Shown: positions 8,903 to 18,913, numbered from the stretch's first letter. The stretch: 64,000 bases of DNA from Dehalococcoidia bacterium (GCA_012959605.1 DUCU01000095.1:5718-69717), one strand, 5' to 3'. Notes: generated by a model from the sequence alone, not told the origin. Numbers and translations: made by a program.

Positions 8903-9922
8903 CTAAGTCAGTTCCTTCAGAGCTGTGGTCAGCGCCGGGAGAACGGTTTCCCAATCACCGACTACTCCGTAACGGGCTTCTTTGAAGATGTTGGCTTCAG
9001 CATCCTTATTGATGGCCACAATGACCTTGGAGCCGGAGCAGCCCGCCATGTGCTGGCTGGCGCCGGAGATGGCAACCATGATGTACAGGTCCGGAGTGAT
9101 GGTCTTGCCGGTCAGTCCAACCTGATAACTGGAAGGCACCCAGCCTGAATCAACGGCTGCGCGGGACGCACCGACGGTACCGCCCATGATCTTAGCCAGT
9201 TCTTCCAAGTGGGCAAAGGGCTCGGGGCCGCCCAGCCCGCGTCCGCCGGAGATGACGATGCGAGCATCTTCTAGCTTGATGCCTTCAGCTTCTTCAATCA
9301 CTGTATCCACGACTTGAGTCAGGGCCAGAGATTCGTTGAGTTCTACAGGGAAGGAAACGACCTCACCCGTGCGGGATGAATCTTCCTCGGCCGGCTCATA
9401 AGCTTTGGGCCTGATGGCAGCAATCTGAGGGGTTTGGTCACAGGTGACCACGGCGATGGCGTTACCACCATAGACTGGGCGGTTGGCCATCAATGTCTTG
9501 GAGCTAGAGTCTACGGAGACTTCTAAGCAGTCCTGGGCCAATCCAACTCCCAGACGGAAGGCCAATCGCGGGGCCAGGTCACGACCCTCGTTGGTACGGG
9601 CGACCAAGATGATGCGAGGACCGACCTCTTTGCTGAGGGCTTCCAGCGCGGATAGATGAAAATCTATCTGGAATTTGGCCAGCAGAGGGTGGTTTACCGC
9701 ATAGACCTTCTGCGCACCATGGGAGATGGCCTGTTGGGCTGGTACGTCCAGGGTGTCACCCAGAAGGGCAACAGATAATTGTTCGCCAAGTTCAGATGCG
9801 ATTTTCTGTCCGGCGGCCAGTAGCTCAAGGGTTGTGCTGCCCAGTTCTCCGCCCGTTGCGTCGCCAAGTATCAGTACTCCAGTGCCATCAGCCATCACGG
9901 CCTCCCGTGCTTTTTGAATCAC
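8903..9922 (-). CDS. etfA: Electron transfer flavoprotein subunit alpha
   Basis: C-terminal FAD-binding block [11 protein letters not shown]...[28 protein letters not shown]. The start may be the ATG at 9895 (MADGTG). Confidence 0.9.
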   Translation of the reverse strand: MIQKAREAVMADGTGVLILGDATGGELGSTTLELLAAGQKIASELGEQLSVALLGDTLDVPAQQAISHGAQKVYAVNHPLLAKFQIDFHLSALEALSKEVGPRIILVARTNEGRDLAPRLAFRLGVGLAQDCLEVSVDSSSKTLMANRPVYGGNAIAVVTCDQTPQIAAIRPKAYEPAEEDSSRTGEVVSFPVELNESLALTQVVDTVIEEAEGIKLEDARIVISGGRGLGGPEPFAHLEELAKIMGGTVGASRAAVDSGWVPSSYQVGLTGKTITPDLYIMVAISGASQHMAGCSGSKVIVAINKDAEANIFKEARYGVVGDWETVLPALTTALKELT

Positions 9923-9984
9923 ACTACCAGTCCATGTGGATCAGCAGTTTTAAGCTTTTAAATCTAGTTAGTTGGGAATGAAAG

Positions 9985-10785
9985 TTAGATAACTTTGTCT
10001 TCCCGTAGTTTCAGGGCCAAGAGTCGACCAGAATCGGCCGGGTCTTCTCCTTCAATAATCTCGCAGTCTTGGTCACTGACTGGAACGAACAGGTCACGCA
10101 GGGTAATGCGTGAAGAGGACTGGGACGAGTCCAGGTCCAGGTCGGCGGAACTCCAAATTGTGGGCTTTTTCCTGGTGGCGGCCATAATGCCGCGCAGGGT
10201 TGGATACCGGGGCTGGCCCAGTTCGTTGCTCACGGTGACCAATGACGGTAGAGATGCTTCGACAACTTCGTAGCCGTCGGGGATGATCCGCTCCACGCGA
10301 ACCTTGCCGTCTATGACATCAACCTTTTTGCCCAAGGAGATGGAAGCCATGCCCAGAAGCTCGGCAACGCCCAAGGGAACCTGTGCGTTGTCCCAGTCAG
10401 AGGCTTGGCGTCCGCAGATGATGAGATCAAATCCGCCCAACTTGCGAATCGCTGCCACCAGTAACTGGGCAGTTAAGAAACTGTCAATCGTATTTTCGAA
10501 GATGTCGTCCTGAAGTAGGACCAACTCGTCGGCGCCCATGGACAGTGGCTTTTTCATCACGTCCAGAGCAAATTCAGTGCCTGTGGAAATCACCGTGACG
10601 GTGGCTTCCTGGGCGTCTTTGATCAGGAGGGCTGCTTCCACCGCGTTCTCGTCAAAACCGTTGACCACGGGAGGAATGTTAGGTGGTGGTACGACCTTCT
10701 TAGAACTTTCGTCTATCCTGAATGCCGCCATGGGCATTTCTGGGTCGATTACCTGCTTCGCCAGTACGCCTATCTTGATAGCCAT
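9985..10785 (-). CDS. etfB: Electron transfer flavoprotein subunit beta
   Basis: 266 aa. MAIKIGVLAKQV.D...N.FDENAVEAAL pattern. Sits directly upstream of etfA. Confidence 0.9.
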   Translation of the reverse strand: MAIKIGVLAKQVIDPEMPMAAFRIDESSKKVVPPPNIPPVVNGFDENAVEAALLIKDAQEATVTVISTGTEFALDVMKKPLSMGADELVLLQDDIFENTIDSFLTAQLLVAAIRKLGGFDLIICGRQASDWDNAQVPLGVAELLGMASISLGKKVDVIDGKVRVERIIPDGYEVVEASLPSLVTVSNELGQPRYPTLRGIMAATRKKPTIWSSADLDLDSSQSSSRITLRDLFVPVSDQDCEIIEGEDPADSGRLLALKLREDKVI

Positions 10786-11053
10786 AGCTCTCCTAAAGGC
10801 ACGGCAGGTAGCCAGTTGAGGGCCGGAAACGAGTCTGCCGAGACCTTGTGAAAGGTATCACCCAGCCTTCCGAGTGTCAATTGAAACCGAGGCTGGCCAG
10901 GCAAGCGTAAAAGGTAATAATTACATTTTTGATGCTATAATTTTGGATAATGCAAAGCCTATCTCAAGATTGTGCTGGCACCACTTGGCAAATATTCAGG
11001 TAGGTCTGCGGACTATCCCGCCGATCGCTTTGAATAAAAGAGGCCTTATTACT

Positions 11054-11902
11054 ATGAATACTGTTAAAACATTCTTTTTGATGATGGTCATGTCGGCGTT
11101 GCTATTGTTGGTAGGAGCGATGCTCGGCGGAATCGGCGGCATAATCTTGGCCGTGATAATCGCCGTCGCAATCAACTTTGGAGCCTATTGGTTCTCCGAC
11201 CGTATCGCATTGAAGATGGCCCACGCCTCTGCAGTGACGGAGAATGACGACCCGGAACTCTATAGCATCGTTCGGGAACAGGCTGAGCGGGCCGGACTGC
11301 CAATGCCCCAGGTTTTTGAGATCCGGTCTGACGCCCCCAACGCGTTTGCCACCGGCCGTAACCCCAGCCACGCCACTGTGGCCGTGACCACCGGCATCCG
11401 CCGCATTCTGAATCGTCAGGAACTTGGCGGGGTATTAGCCCATGAGATGGCCCATGTGGGCAACCGAGACACCCTGATTATGGCCATGGTCGCCACCGTG
11501 GCCGGCGCGATTTCCATGCTGGCCATGTTTGCCCAGATTTCTGCCATGTTTGGCGGTATGGGTGGTCGCAGGGGTGGCGGCGGCAACATGATTGGATTGT
11601 TGGTCGTTGCGTTTGTGATGCCATTGGCAGCAGGGTTGGTGCGGGCTGCGATCTCCCGTACCAGGGAATTCCAGGCAGATGCCACCGGCGCGCGCACCTC
11701 CGGTGACCCACTGGCCCTGGCCAGTGCCCTACAGAAATTGGAACTGGGTTCCCAGACCCGACCGTTGAAAGTGGCTGAAGGAGCATCGCATCTGTTCATT
11801 GTTAATCCGCTCAGTGGAAAAAGTATGACCAAGATGTTCTCTACCCACCCACCCATGGCGGAGAGAATTAGAAGGCTTCAGGACATAAAACCCAACTTCT
11901 AA
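11054..11902 (+). CDS. htpX: Zinc metalloprotease HtpX (M48 family)
   Basis: HEMAHV zinc motif, four TM segments, C-terminal FSTHPPMAERI. I chose the ATG at 11054 (MNTVKTFF) over the GTG at 10874 in the ORF track. Confidence 0.85.
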   Translation: MNTVKTFFLMMVMSALLLLVGAMLGGIGGIILAVIIAVAINFGAYWFSDRIALKMAHASAVTENDDPELYSIVREQAERAGLPMPQVFEIRSDAPNAFATGRNPSHATVAVTTGIRRILNRQELGGVLAHEMAHVGNRDTLIMAMVATVAGAISMLAMFAQISAMFGGMGGRRGGGGNMIGLLVVAFVMPLAAGLVRAAISRTREFQADATGARTSGDPLALASALQKLELGSQTRPLKVAEGASHLFIVNPLSGKSMTKMFSTHPPMAERIRRLQDIKPNF

Positions 11903-11934
11903 ACAATCCGGTAAACAACTTGGCGGCGCGGAAT

Positions 11935-11972
11935 AAAAAGGCCCGGCTTTTAAACGCCGGGCCTTTTTATTT
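11935..11972 (+). terminator. Intrinsic terminator after htpX
   Basis: AAAAAGGCCCGGC-TTTTAAAC-GCCGGGCCTTTTTATTT. Confidence 0.7.
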
Positions 11973-12156
11973 GGCAATATCAGGCGTCAATGTGGCGTGT
12001 GCTAAGTATGGCCTCATGCTAGAAGCGACAAACTTGGCCGAATTTGATTCGGTCAAGTTCTGATATTTATAGATTGAGGCCCGGCAAATCATGGTGTTGA
12101 ACCTGGTATTAAATCTGCAAAAAAATCAGGCAATTAAAAAAGAGAAGTAAGTAGAT

Positions 12157-13455
12157 ATGGGTTGTTTAGTTTCGTTGTTCCGGGCTGGAGCTACACTGAT
12201 TCTGGGTGTTGTTATTTTTATCGGGTTCCTCTCATACCTGGCTATAAACAACTTTTCGGACAAATTGCTTAGCGCTGATTTCTACACCAACACACTCGCC
12301 GCTGAAGACACCTACAACCGAATCTACGACGAAGTTTTGCTGGACGATGAGCTAATTGACCGGACCCGAGAATTTCTCGGCGATATCGAAATCGTCAGCC
12401 AACAAGAGATGGTTTCCCTCCTCCGCCAGATCATGCCTCCTGATTACATCCACTCAGAGGTGGAAGGAGCTATTGGGAGGACGATCGACTGGGTCAATGA
12501 AGACGTCGAGGAACTTAACCTATACGTTGATTTGGCAGCCCCTATAGCCAACGTAAAAACGGTCATGTTCAATTATATGGACGGCAGAATAGACGACCTG
12601 ACCGTGGAAGCCCCCGGCATTAGTGGTTGCTCACCTGTTGCTGCGGCTAATTTGGCGGCCACCTTTGTCGTCAGATTTCAGCAGATAGCCAACGGTGTCG
12701 TACCTGAATCGGTCCCATTTTTAAAGAGTATCGACGCAACGTGCCGACCCATAATCTTTGAGCTGGCCTTTAACGATCTGATAGCTGGAGCCGGGTTGAA
12801 CGCAGCGACTACGGAGTCGCTCAGAGCCGGCAAGGGCGAACTAAGAACCCCATTCGCTGCCGGAGACACGTTGGAAGTGCTGAAGGTCTCGGCCCGTTTG
12901 CTGGCTGAGCCATTGATGGACGATGCTATTGCGCGAGTCCGAGAGGACTTGGATTCTGGTGACCGATTCGATCTGATTCACCAGATCGCGAAATGGGACA
13001 CTGATACCACCGAAGAACAGATCAGGTCCGACCTGAATGAAGGACGAGGTTGGATTTCAAAGGTAAACAAATTTGGTGATATGGCGTCGCTGATTATGGT
13101 GATTGGTGGTGCCGCCGCCATGGGCTTGATATTCTTCCCCAGTCTGGGAGGAATGCTACGGTGGCCGGGAATTACCCTGTTCATAACGGGTGGCTTCTTT
13201 TTCGTATTGGGCAAAATCGTTGAGGCAGAAGTCCCGAACCGACTGGTTGACGTCGTCGAAACGAGCGCCGACAAGGTGTCTGGAGTGCCGCCGTCCGTGA
13301 TCGACTTGGGCGGAGACGTTCTGATGTCCTTTGGTGCGCAATTGACAGACGGATTAGTTGGGCCGTCACTCACACTTTTGACCGTCGGAATAATCCTGTT
13401 TGGGGCTTCGTTCTTCGCGGTGCTCTTCAGCAAGTTCATACCCGTCGTTAAATAA
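12157..13455 (+). CDS. Hypothetical membrane protein (N-terminal TM, large soluble domain, C-terminal multi-TM bundle)
   Basis: 432-aa ORF with hydrophobic segments at both ends, flanked by terminators. I recognise no family. Confidence 0.55.
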   Translation: MGCLVSLFRAGATLILGVVIFIGFLSYLAINNFSDKLLSADFYTNTLAAEDTYNRIYDEVLLDDELIDRTREFLGDIEIVSQQEMVSLLRQIMPPDYIHSEVEGAIGRTIDWVNEDVEELNLYVDLAAPIANVKTVMFNYMDGRIDDLTVEAPGISGCSPVAAANLAATFVVRFQQIANGVVPESVPFLKSIDATCRPIIFELAFNDLIAGAGLNAATTESLRAGKGELRTPFAAGDTLEVLKVSARLLAEPLMDDAIARVREDLDSGDRFDLIHQIAKWDTDTTEEQIRSDLNEGRGWISKVNKFGDMASLIMVIGGAAAMGLIFFPSLGGMLRWPGITLFITGGFFFVLGKIVEAEVPNRLVDVVETSADKVSGVPPSVIDLGGDVLMSFGAQLTDGLVGPSLTLLTVGIILFGASFFAVLFSKFIPVVK

Positions 13456-13477
13456 TCAGCAGCACCAATTAAACGCA

Positions 13478-13510
13478 AAAAGAGGGCGAGAATTATCCCG
13501 CCCTCTTTTG
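13478..13510. terminator. Bidirectional intrinsic terminator between convergent genes
   Basis: AAAAAGAGGGCG-AGAATTATC-CCGCCCTCTTTTG. Confidence 0.65.
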
Positions 13511-13545
13511 TTCACTAGTCCCCTGATTAACTCGTAGTTGAGATC

Positions 13546-14505
13546 TTAGAACAGAGCTATTGGGCTCACTGGCGACCCTGTTACGTTGCGGAGACGGAGC
13601 GGCGCCAGCGTGAGCATGAACTCGTAACGGTTCCTCTGGGCACAGGCCTCCGCAAGTTCCTCAAGGTTGGCATTGTCAATCAACCACAAGCCCAAGGTGA
13701 CCAGGCACATGGTGTGTAACGGCGAGCCAATGGTGCTGTAGTGAGAGGGCCGGAAGTCGTTGGAAGTGTCAGTGCCCAGCATGGCCACCCCTCGCTCCTT
13801 GAACAGCGGTGTGCAGGCCACCTGACAGGCGGTCATGGGCTCTCCGGCCTTGGCTGGCGGGCTGGCCAAGCGCATCTTGTAGTTGCCGGTGCGAACCAGA
13901 AGTACGTCCCCTTCCTCAATCTTGACCCCCTGGGCCTCTTCAGCTTCCAGCAGGTCCACCGGCATCACTGGCTCGTTGGGGTCTAAGAAATCCACTCCCC
14001 GAAGCTTGGGCAGGTCCAGCAGCACGCACTTGGTCACGATCCCTGAGTATGCCGCCTCGATGGAGTGTGTCTGAGCGCCTTGCCGAGACGTGATCATGTT
14101 GGAGGGCTTCCCGTTATAAAGCTGACCTTTCCATGAGTAATGAGACATCGCGTCAATGTGGGTGATGCTCTGGCCGTGGAAGACCATGCCAATGAACTCG
14201 GCCGCGCCCCGGCGGGCGAACTGGCGTTCCATAGAATCTTCGTTCCGGCCCTCGCCGCTGTCGACCATGAAACGCTGCACTTGAAACGTGACATCGGCGT
14301 TCATGTCGCTGCTGATGGGGCGGGCACAGCTCACCGGGATGCCGTCTTGCACCAGCGCTGCTGCCTGCAAGCGTTTCTCCGGGGTTATCAGGTTCAAACA
14401 GCCAAGCTGGTCATCGTCACCCCAGCGGCCCCAGTTGCTGAGAGATTCCATCCAGCCAAGCACTGTTGCCTCGTCGGGGATCTGCCTGGAAGTTGTCTGT
14501 ACCAT
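13546..14505 (-). CDS. Cyclase-family protein (kynurenine formamidase-like fold)
   Basis: 319 aa. HGQSITHIDAMSHY resembles the HxGTHxDxPxH cyclase motif. Confidence 0.7.
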   Translation of the reverse strand: MVQTTSRQIPDEATVLGWMESLSNWGRWGDDDQLGCLNLITPEKRLQAAALVQDGIPVSCARPISSDMNADVTFQVQRFMVDSGEGRNEDSMERQFARRGAAEFIGMVFHGQSITHIDAMSHYSWKGQLYNGKPSNMITSRQGAQTHSIEAAYSGIVTKCVLLDLPKLRGVDFLDPNEPVMPVDLLEAEEAQGVKIEEGDVLLVRTGNYKMRLASPPAKAGEPMTACQVACTPLFKERGVAMLGTDTSNDFRPSHYSTIGSPLHTMCLVTLGLWLIDNANLEELAEACAQRNRYEFMLTLAPLRLRNVTGSPVSPIALF

Positions 14506-14555
14506 GCGTCCGCCTCCTGATGGTGACTATCAATATGAAAACCGATTAGGTATGC

Positions 14556-15515
14556 CTAGGAGTTTGGTTCTGCTGATTCAAGGACTGCCGCGATGAAATC
14601 AGGAGCGCCGTTCAGAAAATCCTTGATGTCCACAGCCTTTTTCCCTTCGAGCTGGACCTTGTGCAACCCCAAGAACCCTTCGCTCGTAGCCACAGCTGCC
14701 GGAACATCCGGGTGATCAGTTCTGACCACCGTTCCCGGTACGAATTCAGTGGAAGACGACGATATAAGTGAAACTTCGATTATTTTTAAGCCGCTGCCGT
14801 TCCAGTAGGTAAATAGTCCCGGCCAGGGGCTGAATGCCCTCACCCGACGTTCCAATTCAACCGCACTTAGCGACCAGTCGGCCAGGCCGTCGGCGCGCTC
14901 ATACTTGCGTGTAACAGATGCCAAAGCCTCGTTTTGGGGCTCTGAGGTCAATTCCCCTGATTGCCACTGTGGGATGCTTTCTTGCAGCAGCTCTCCGCCC
15001 AATTCAAAGAGCTCTGTGGCCAGTCCCTCTGCGGTCTCATTGCCCTTCATAAAGAACTCATGCTGGGCAATCAGTGGCCCAGTATCCATTCCTTCGTCCA
15101 GCAACATGATGGTGACGCCAGTGATTAGATCGCCATTCAAAATGGACGTGACCACCGGGGACGGACCCCGATACCGAGGCAGGATCGATGGGTGGATGTT
15201 GAGGCAACCCAGTGGCGCGAGGTCCAAGACTGGCTTCGGGAGCAGCTTGCCGTAGGCCGCGACAACGATCACGTCCGGCTGGAGCGCGGCCAGTTCGTCC
15301 TGCACCTCTTGTTTACGGAAACTGGCCGGTTGGACCACGTTGAGACCATGTTCAATGGCATAGTCTTTGATTGGAGACGATTGGGGCTGACGGCCTCGGC
15401 CGGCGGGACGGTCAGGCGGGGCGTAGACGCCCACAACCTCACAGCCTTCCATGCCGACAAGACTGGCAAGAACAGGGACTGCAAAGGATGGGGTACCCAT
15501 GAAAACAAGACGCAT
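14556..15515 (-). CDS. fmt: Methionyl-tRNA formyltransferase
   Basis: MRLVFMGTP.FAVP.L..L, NIHPSILPRYRGPSP, plus the C-terminal formyltransferase domain. Confidence 0.9.
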   Translation of the reverse strand: MRLVFMGTPSFAVPVLASLVGMEGCEVVGVYAPPDRPAGRGRQPQSSPIKDYAIEHGLNVVQPASFRKQEVQDELAALQPDVIVVAAYGKLLPKPVLDLAPLGCLNIHPSILPRYRGPSPVVTSILNGDLITGVTIMLLDEGMDTGPLIAQHEFFMKGNETAEGLATELFELGGELLQESIPQWQSGELTSEPQNEALASVTRKYERADGLADWSLSAVELERRVRAFSPWPGLFTYWNGSGLKIIEVSLISSSSTEFVPGTVVRTDHPDVPAAVATSEGFLGLHKVQLEGKKAVDIKDFLNGAPDFIAAVLESAEPNS

Positions 15516-15633
15516 GGAGTCAAATACCTATTTAATTACTATTAAGGACTGTGGTCGGATGTTTGGGGAACAAATCGCTGGGCATTTGTTGTGGCTAGGC
15601 TTACATAATCAGTTGTCACGAACGTTTATTCTC

Positions 15634-15663
15634 TTGACACTGAAAAATAGCCCTTGGTAAAAT
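15634..15663 (+). promoter_or_regulatory. Near-consensus promoter with no downstream protein gene
   Basis: TTGACA (15634-15639), 18 nt, TAAAAT (15658-15663). Confidence 0.5.
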
Positions 15664-15669
15664 ACCTTA

Positions 15670-15925
15670 ACCGCTTGGCGGAAATAAATGATGGAGGTGA
15701 AGTACATGGATGATAGTTTAACGCACAGGGGCGATGGTAGGCATCAGTCTGGACACGACGAGGTGATTGTTTCGTAGCGACTAGCTCGAAATAAGTTATC
15801 CCGTACGTCGGGCCCAGGCCAATGTCTACCATCGCCCCTTGACCCCGGTTTGTACCTAAGGGCGAGTAAAGCAACCCAGAGTTGGCCGGGCCCGTTTTTT
15901 TGCCCGGCGAATTCGCCGGTTTTTT
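15670..15925 (+). ncRNA. Candidate ~255-nt structured small RNA of unknown class
   Basis: Bounded by the promoter above and a canonical terminator. Contains a ~112-nt hairpin whose ends GGGGCGATGGTAGGCAT / ATGTCTACCATCGCCCC pair. No convincing ORF. Confidence 0.45.
15904..15925 (+). terminator. Canonical intrinsic terminator
   Basis: CCGGCGAATTCGCCGG followed by TTTTTT. Preceded by a second GC-rich element plus a T7 run at 15884-15901. Confidence 0.75.
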
Positions 15926-16015
15926 CATTTTTAAGGATTGGTTTGAAATCTGCTTCTTGACACTTGTTTAGGCGTCAAAAAATCAAATATCATCAAAGAT
16001 TTAGGCGTAGGTCGT

Positions 16016-16044
16016 TTGACAATGAATGCCTCTCGCCGTAAAAT
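16016..16044 (+). promoter_or_regulatory. Candidate promoter of the rpsP operon
   Basis: TTGACA-17 nt-TAAAAT, about 50 nt upstream of the rpsP ATG. Confidence 0.55.
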
Positions 16045-16093
16045 CGCCACGCATGGGAACCGCAATGACGGTACCCGGGAGAATAGGAAATAA

Positions 16094-16510
16094 ATGATTC
16101 GGATTCGCCTTGCCAGGGTTGGTAAAAAAGGCCACCCCTCTTACAGAATAGTAGTAGCGGAAGTTACCGCACCCCGTGATGGTTCCTATCTCGAATGGAT
16201 TGGGAACTATGACCCCATGGAAGACCCGCCCGTCACGACTTTGAAGAACGAGCGTGCGGCCCACTGGTTGAGCATGGGAGCAATCCCTTCTGACGCTGTT
16301 GCCCGGATAATGTCCGCCAACGGTTTGATGGAGCGCACCCCCACACAGAAGACGGCCACCACGAAAAACCCTGATGCCGCCGCAGTTGCTGCTCCCGCTG
16401 CCACCGCCACTGCTGCTGAAGCACCAGCTGAAGAGGCCCCGGCCGAAGAAGCTGTAGCTGAGGAAGCTCCCGCAGAAGAAGAATCTACCGATGAAGCGGC
16501 TGCTGAATAA
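16094..16510 (+). CDS. rpsP: 30S ribosomal protein S16 with an Ala/Glu/Pro-rich C-terminal extension
   Basis: MIRIRLARVGKKGHPSYRIVVA... conserved core (~85 aa) followed by a ~50-aa low-complexity tail. Confidence 0.9.
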   Translation: MIRIRLARVGKKGHPSYRIVVAEVTAPRDGSYLEWIGNYDPMEDPPVTTLKNERAAHWLSMGAIPSDAVARIMSANGLMERTPTQKTATTKNPDAAAVAAPAATATAAEAPAEEAPAEEAVAEEAPAEEESTDEAAAE

Positions 16511-16564
16511 CAGCTCCCGCCGCAATCATCGCGTTCACCGTTTCTTTGAGTACTTAAATACCCT

Positions 16565-16792
16565 ATGAAAGAACTGATTGAGTACATAGCCCGATCTTTG
16601 GCCAGCGACCCTGATTCCGTGGTTGTCACAGAATCCATGGAGGACGGTCGCATGGTCTTCCGACTTCAAGTTGCCGATGAAGACAAAGGCAAAGTGATTG
16701 GCCGCCAAGGTCGGGTTGCCCAGGCGATCCGCGTACTACTGCGCGTGGCCGCAGTCAAAGATGGCACGCAAGCCTTCTTGGAAATCGTATAA
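16565..16792 (+). CDS. KH-domain RNA-binding protein (UPF0109/YlqC-like)
   Basis: 75 aa with a VIGRQGR GxxG-type KH motif. Conserved position between rpsP and rimM. Confidence 0.85.
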   Translation: MKELIEYIARSLASDPDSVVVTESMEDGRMVFRLQVADEDKGKVIGRQGRVAQAIRVLLRVAAVKDGTQAFLEIV

Positions 16793-16840
16793 CTTCCTCC
16801 CCTTCCTCGTGCGGCTCTCCGCCGACTTCGGAACTCCACC

Positions 16841-17422
16841 ATGTCTGATCCTTTCTCGTTATCAGAATCTGAACCAGAACCGGCATCAACACCACCTTCT
16901 GATGCCCTAATTGCCGTTGGGCGCATTCTTGGCGCCCACGGACGGGACGGAGAGATTCGAGTACGTTCAACCAGCGACGTTCCGGGCCGATTTGAAGAAG
17001 GCCAAGTCCTCATCTTGTCTAAAGATGGGATGATTCCTGAAGAAGAGACCTACCGGATCTCTATCAGTCGGACCACCGTCAGCAAGGGCAATGTTGAACT
17101 TATTCTTGCCCTCCAGGGCTACCATGACCGAGACCTGGCATTGAAATTCGCCGGGTATTGGCTCTGCGTGGCCCAGTCTGAGGTGCCTCCAGCGGAAGAA
17201 GGGGAATATTTCCACTACCAACTACTTGGCCTGAAAGTGCGCACGCAAGAAGGCGAAGAATTGGGCACCTTGGCTGAGATACTGGAAACCGGCGCTAACG
17301 ATGTATACGTGGTCACTGGCGGCGAAAAAGAGCTATTGGTGCCTGCAGTGGGTAACGTCGTGTGTGAGATAGACATCGATGCCGGGTTGATGGTCGTTGA
17401 TTTACCTGAAGGTTTGCGCTGA
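16841..17422 (+). CDS. rimM: 16S rRNA processing protein RimM
   Basis: IAVGRILGAHGRDGEIRV... PRC-barrel C-terminus. Synteny after rpsP-KH. Confidence 0.85.
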   Translation: MSDPFSLSESEPEPASTPPSDALIAVGRILGAHGRDGEIRVRSTSDVPGRFEEGQVLILSKDGMIPEEETYRISISRTTVSKGNVELILALQGYHDRDLALKFAGYWLCVAQSEVPPAEEGEYFHYQLLGLKVRTQEGEELGTLAEILETGANDVYVVTGGEKELLVPAVGNVVCEIDIDAGLMVVDLPEGLR

Positions 17423-17429
17423 AATCACT

Positions 17430-17459
17430 TTGACCCTCGCTTTACGCTAATGCTAGAAT
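17430..17459 (+). promoter_or_regulatory. Candidate promoter for yebC-ruvC-ruvA
   Basis: TTGACC-18 nt-TAGAAT. Confidence 0.45.
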
Positions 17460-17569
17460 CGGGGCTGAATAGGCTTTTAGGAAATCCCTGAAAGCGAATC
17501 AAAACTTGTGGGAATCTGGCGTTGGAGGTAATCGCCGATGCTATCCTGGATTCCCAGGAGGAATGTGCA

Positions 17570-18331
17570 ATGTCCGGTCACTCGAAATGGTCAACAATCA
17601 AGCATCAGAAAGGCGCTGCTGATGCCAAACGTGGCGTCCTTTTTACCAAGATAAGCCGTGAACTGGCAATCGCCGTCAAAAATGGTGGCGGTTCCGATCC
17701 AGACATGAATTTCCACCTGAGACTGGTCTTGGATAAAGCCAAGTCCGCCAACATGCCTCAGGACAGTATCGCCAGAGCGGTGAAACGAGGCTCCGGTGAG
17801 GGTGCCGAAGGCGAGACACTCGAAGAGATTACTTATGAAGGCTACGGTCCTGGCGGTGGAGCTATTCTTTTGCAGGCGTTGACCACCAACCGCAACCGGA
17901 CCGCCTCCGATGTACGTTCGGCTTTCAGCCGAGGCGGCGGTAACCTTGGTGAGAGCGGATGTGTTGCCTGGAACTTCGATTACCTGGGCGTGATTGGCCT
18001 GGAGATGACCGACACCGAACGAGGCGAAGAGCTCACTATGATTGCCATAGACGCCGGTGCCGACGATGTGAAATTGGAAGATGAGTATCTAGAAATATTC
18101 ACCGCCATTGACCAACTTCAGAACGTGCAGAAAGTGCTGGCTGACGAGGGAGTTCCACCAGAAGCTGGTCAATTTTCCATGGTTCCCAAGACCATCATCG
18201 CCCTTGACGACAAACAGCAAGAACAAACCCTGCGGCTCCTGGACACGCTCGAAGATTTGGACGACGTGCAAAAGGCCTACACCAACGCAGACTTCTCAGT
18301 TGAAGTGCTGGAGCGTTACGGTTCAGCCTAG
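17570..18331 (+). CDS. yebC: YebC/PmpR-family DNA-binding regulator
   Basis: MSGHSKWSTIKHQKG... canonical N-terminus. I chose the ATG at 17570 over the upstream start in the ORF track. Confidence 0.9.
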   Translation: MSGHSKWSTIKHQKGAADAKRGVLFTKISRELAIAVKNGGGSDPDMNFHLRLVLDKAKSANMPQDSIARAVKRGSGEGAEGETLEEITYEGYGPGGGAILLQALTTNRNRTASDVRSAFSRGGGNLGESGCVAWNFDYLGVIGLEMTDTERGEELTMIAIDAGADDVKLEDEYLEIFTAIDQLQNVQKVLADEGVPPEAGQFSMVPKTIIALDDKQQEQTLRLLDTLEDLDDVQKAYTNADFSVEVLERYGSA

Positions 18332-18388
18332 GGATTTAACTGGCGGTGTTCTCGCCGTCGGGGTAGTTGGAAAACTGACGGGCGGTGT

Positions 18389-18913
18389 GTGATGGGAATA
18401 CTGGGGATTGATCCCGGGACTTTGAAGATGGGCTACGCCGTAATTGGCGAAGGTCCCAATCCCCATGCTGATGATTACGGCGTAATCGCGCTCCCCCGCA
18501 AGATGCCCCTGGAACAACGCCTCTACCAACTCCACACCCACATCCTGAACCTGATTGCCATCTTTAGCCCCACTGCCGTTGCCGTGGAGCAACCCTTTAT
18601 GGGCAAAGGCGAGCGTGCCTTTCCCAATTCGGCAATGGCGGTTGGACAGGCTCAGGCTGCGGTGTTCATCGGTGCTGCCAGTCAGGGAATCCCCATCTAT
18701 AAATACGCTCCAGCGCAGGTGAAACTCTCGGTCGCCGACTATGGCAATGCGACCAAAGAGCAGATGCGCCAAATAGTTGCCGCCACCCTGGGCTTAGATG
18801 AGATTCCTGCCACCGACGCCGCGGACGCCTTGGCTGTGGGACTTTGCCATCTGATTCAGTCGCAGTCCAACGTGGCACTAGATCGGATAATCACACCTGG
18901 ACAAGAACGCTGA
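18389..18913 (+). CDS. ruvC: Crossover junction endodeoxyribonuclease RuvC
   Basis: ILGIDPG....GYAVI..., EQPF, ADALAVGLCH motifs. Confidence 0.9.
   Translation: MMGILGIDPGTLKMGYAVIGEGPNPHADDYGVIALPRKMPLEQRLYQLHTHILNLIAIFSPTAVAVEQPFMGKGERAFPNSAMAVGQAQAAVFIGAASQGIPIYKYAPAQVKLSVADYGNATKEQMRQIVAATLGLDEIPATDAADALAVGLCHLIQSQSNVALDRIITPGQER

Noticed and set aside
10874-11053. 60-codon N-terminal extension of htpX starting at GTG 10874 (ORF-track start)
   Set aside because: The extension has no TM or signal character. HtpX homologues begin at the first TM (MNTVKTFFLMM...), and ATG 11054 fits that.
15670-15925. Possibility that the orphan RNA is SRP RNA, tmRNA, RNase P RNA or a riboswitch for rpsP
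   Set aside because: On either strand I found no GGAAGCAG / GUCAGGUCCGGAAGG helix-8 motif, no tRNA-like GGUUCGA..CCA 3' end and no GGAAAGUCCGGGC-type P4 sequences. A strong terminator and a separate rpsP promoter argue against cis-regulation. It is kept as an unknown-class candidate only.
16001-16525. 174-aa minus-strand ORF (and 148-aa ORF at 16207-16653)
   Set aside because: They are antisense to rpsP and its Ala/Glu-rich tail. The Gly/Ser/Cys/Phe-rich product is a mirror of that low-complexity coding repeat.
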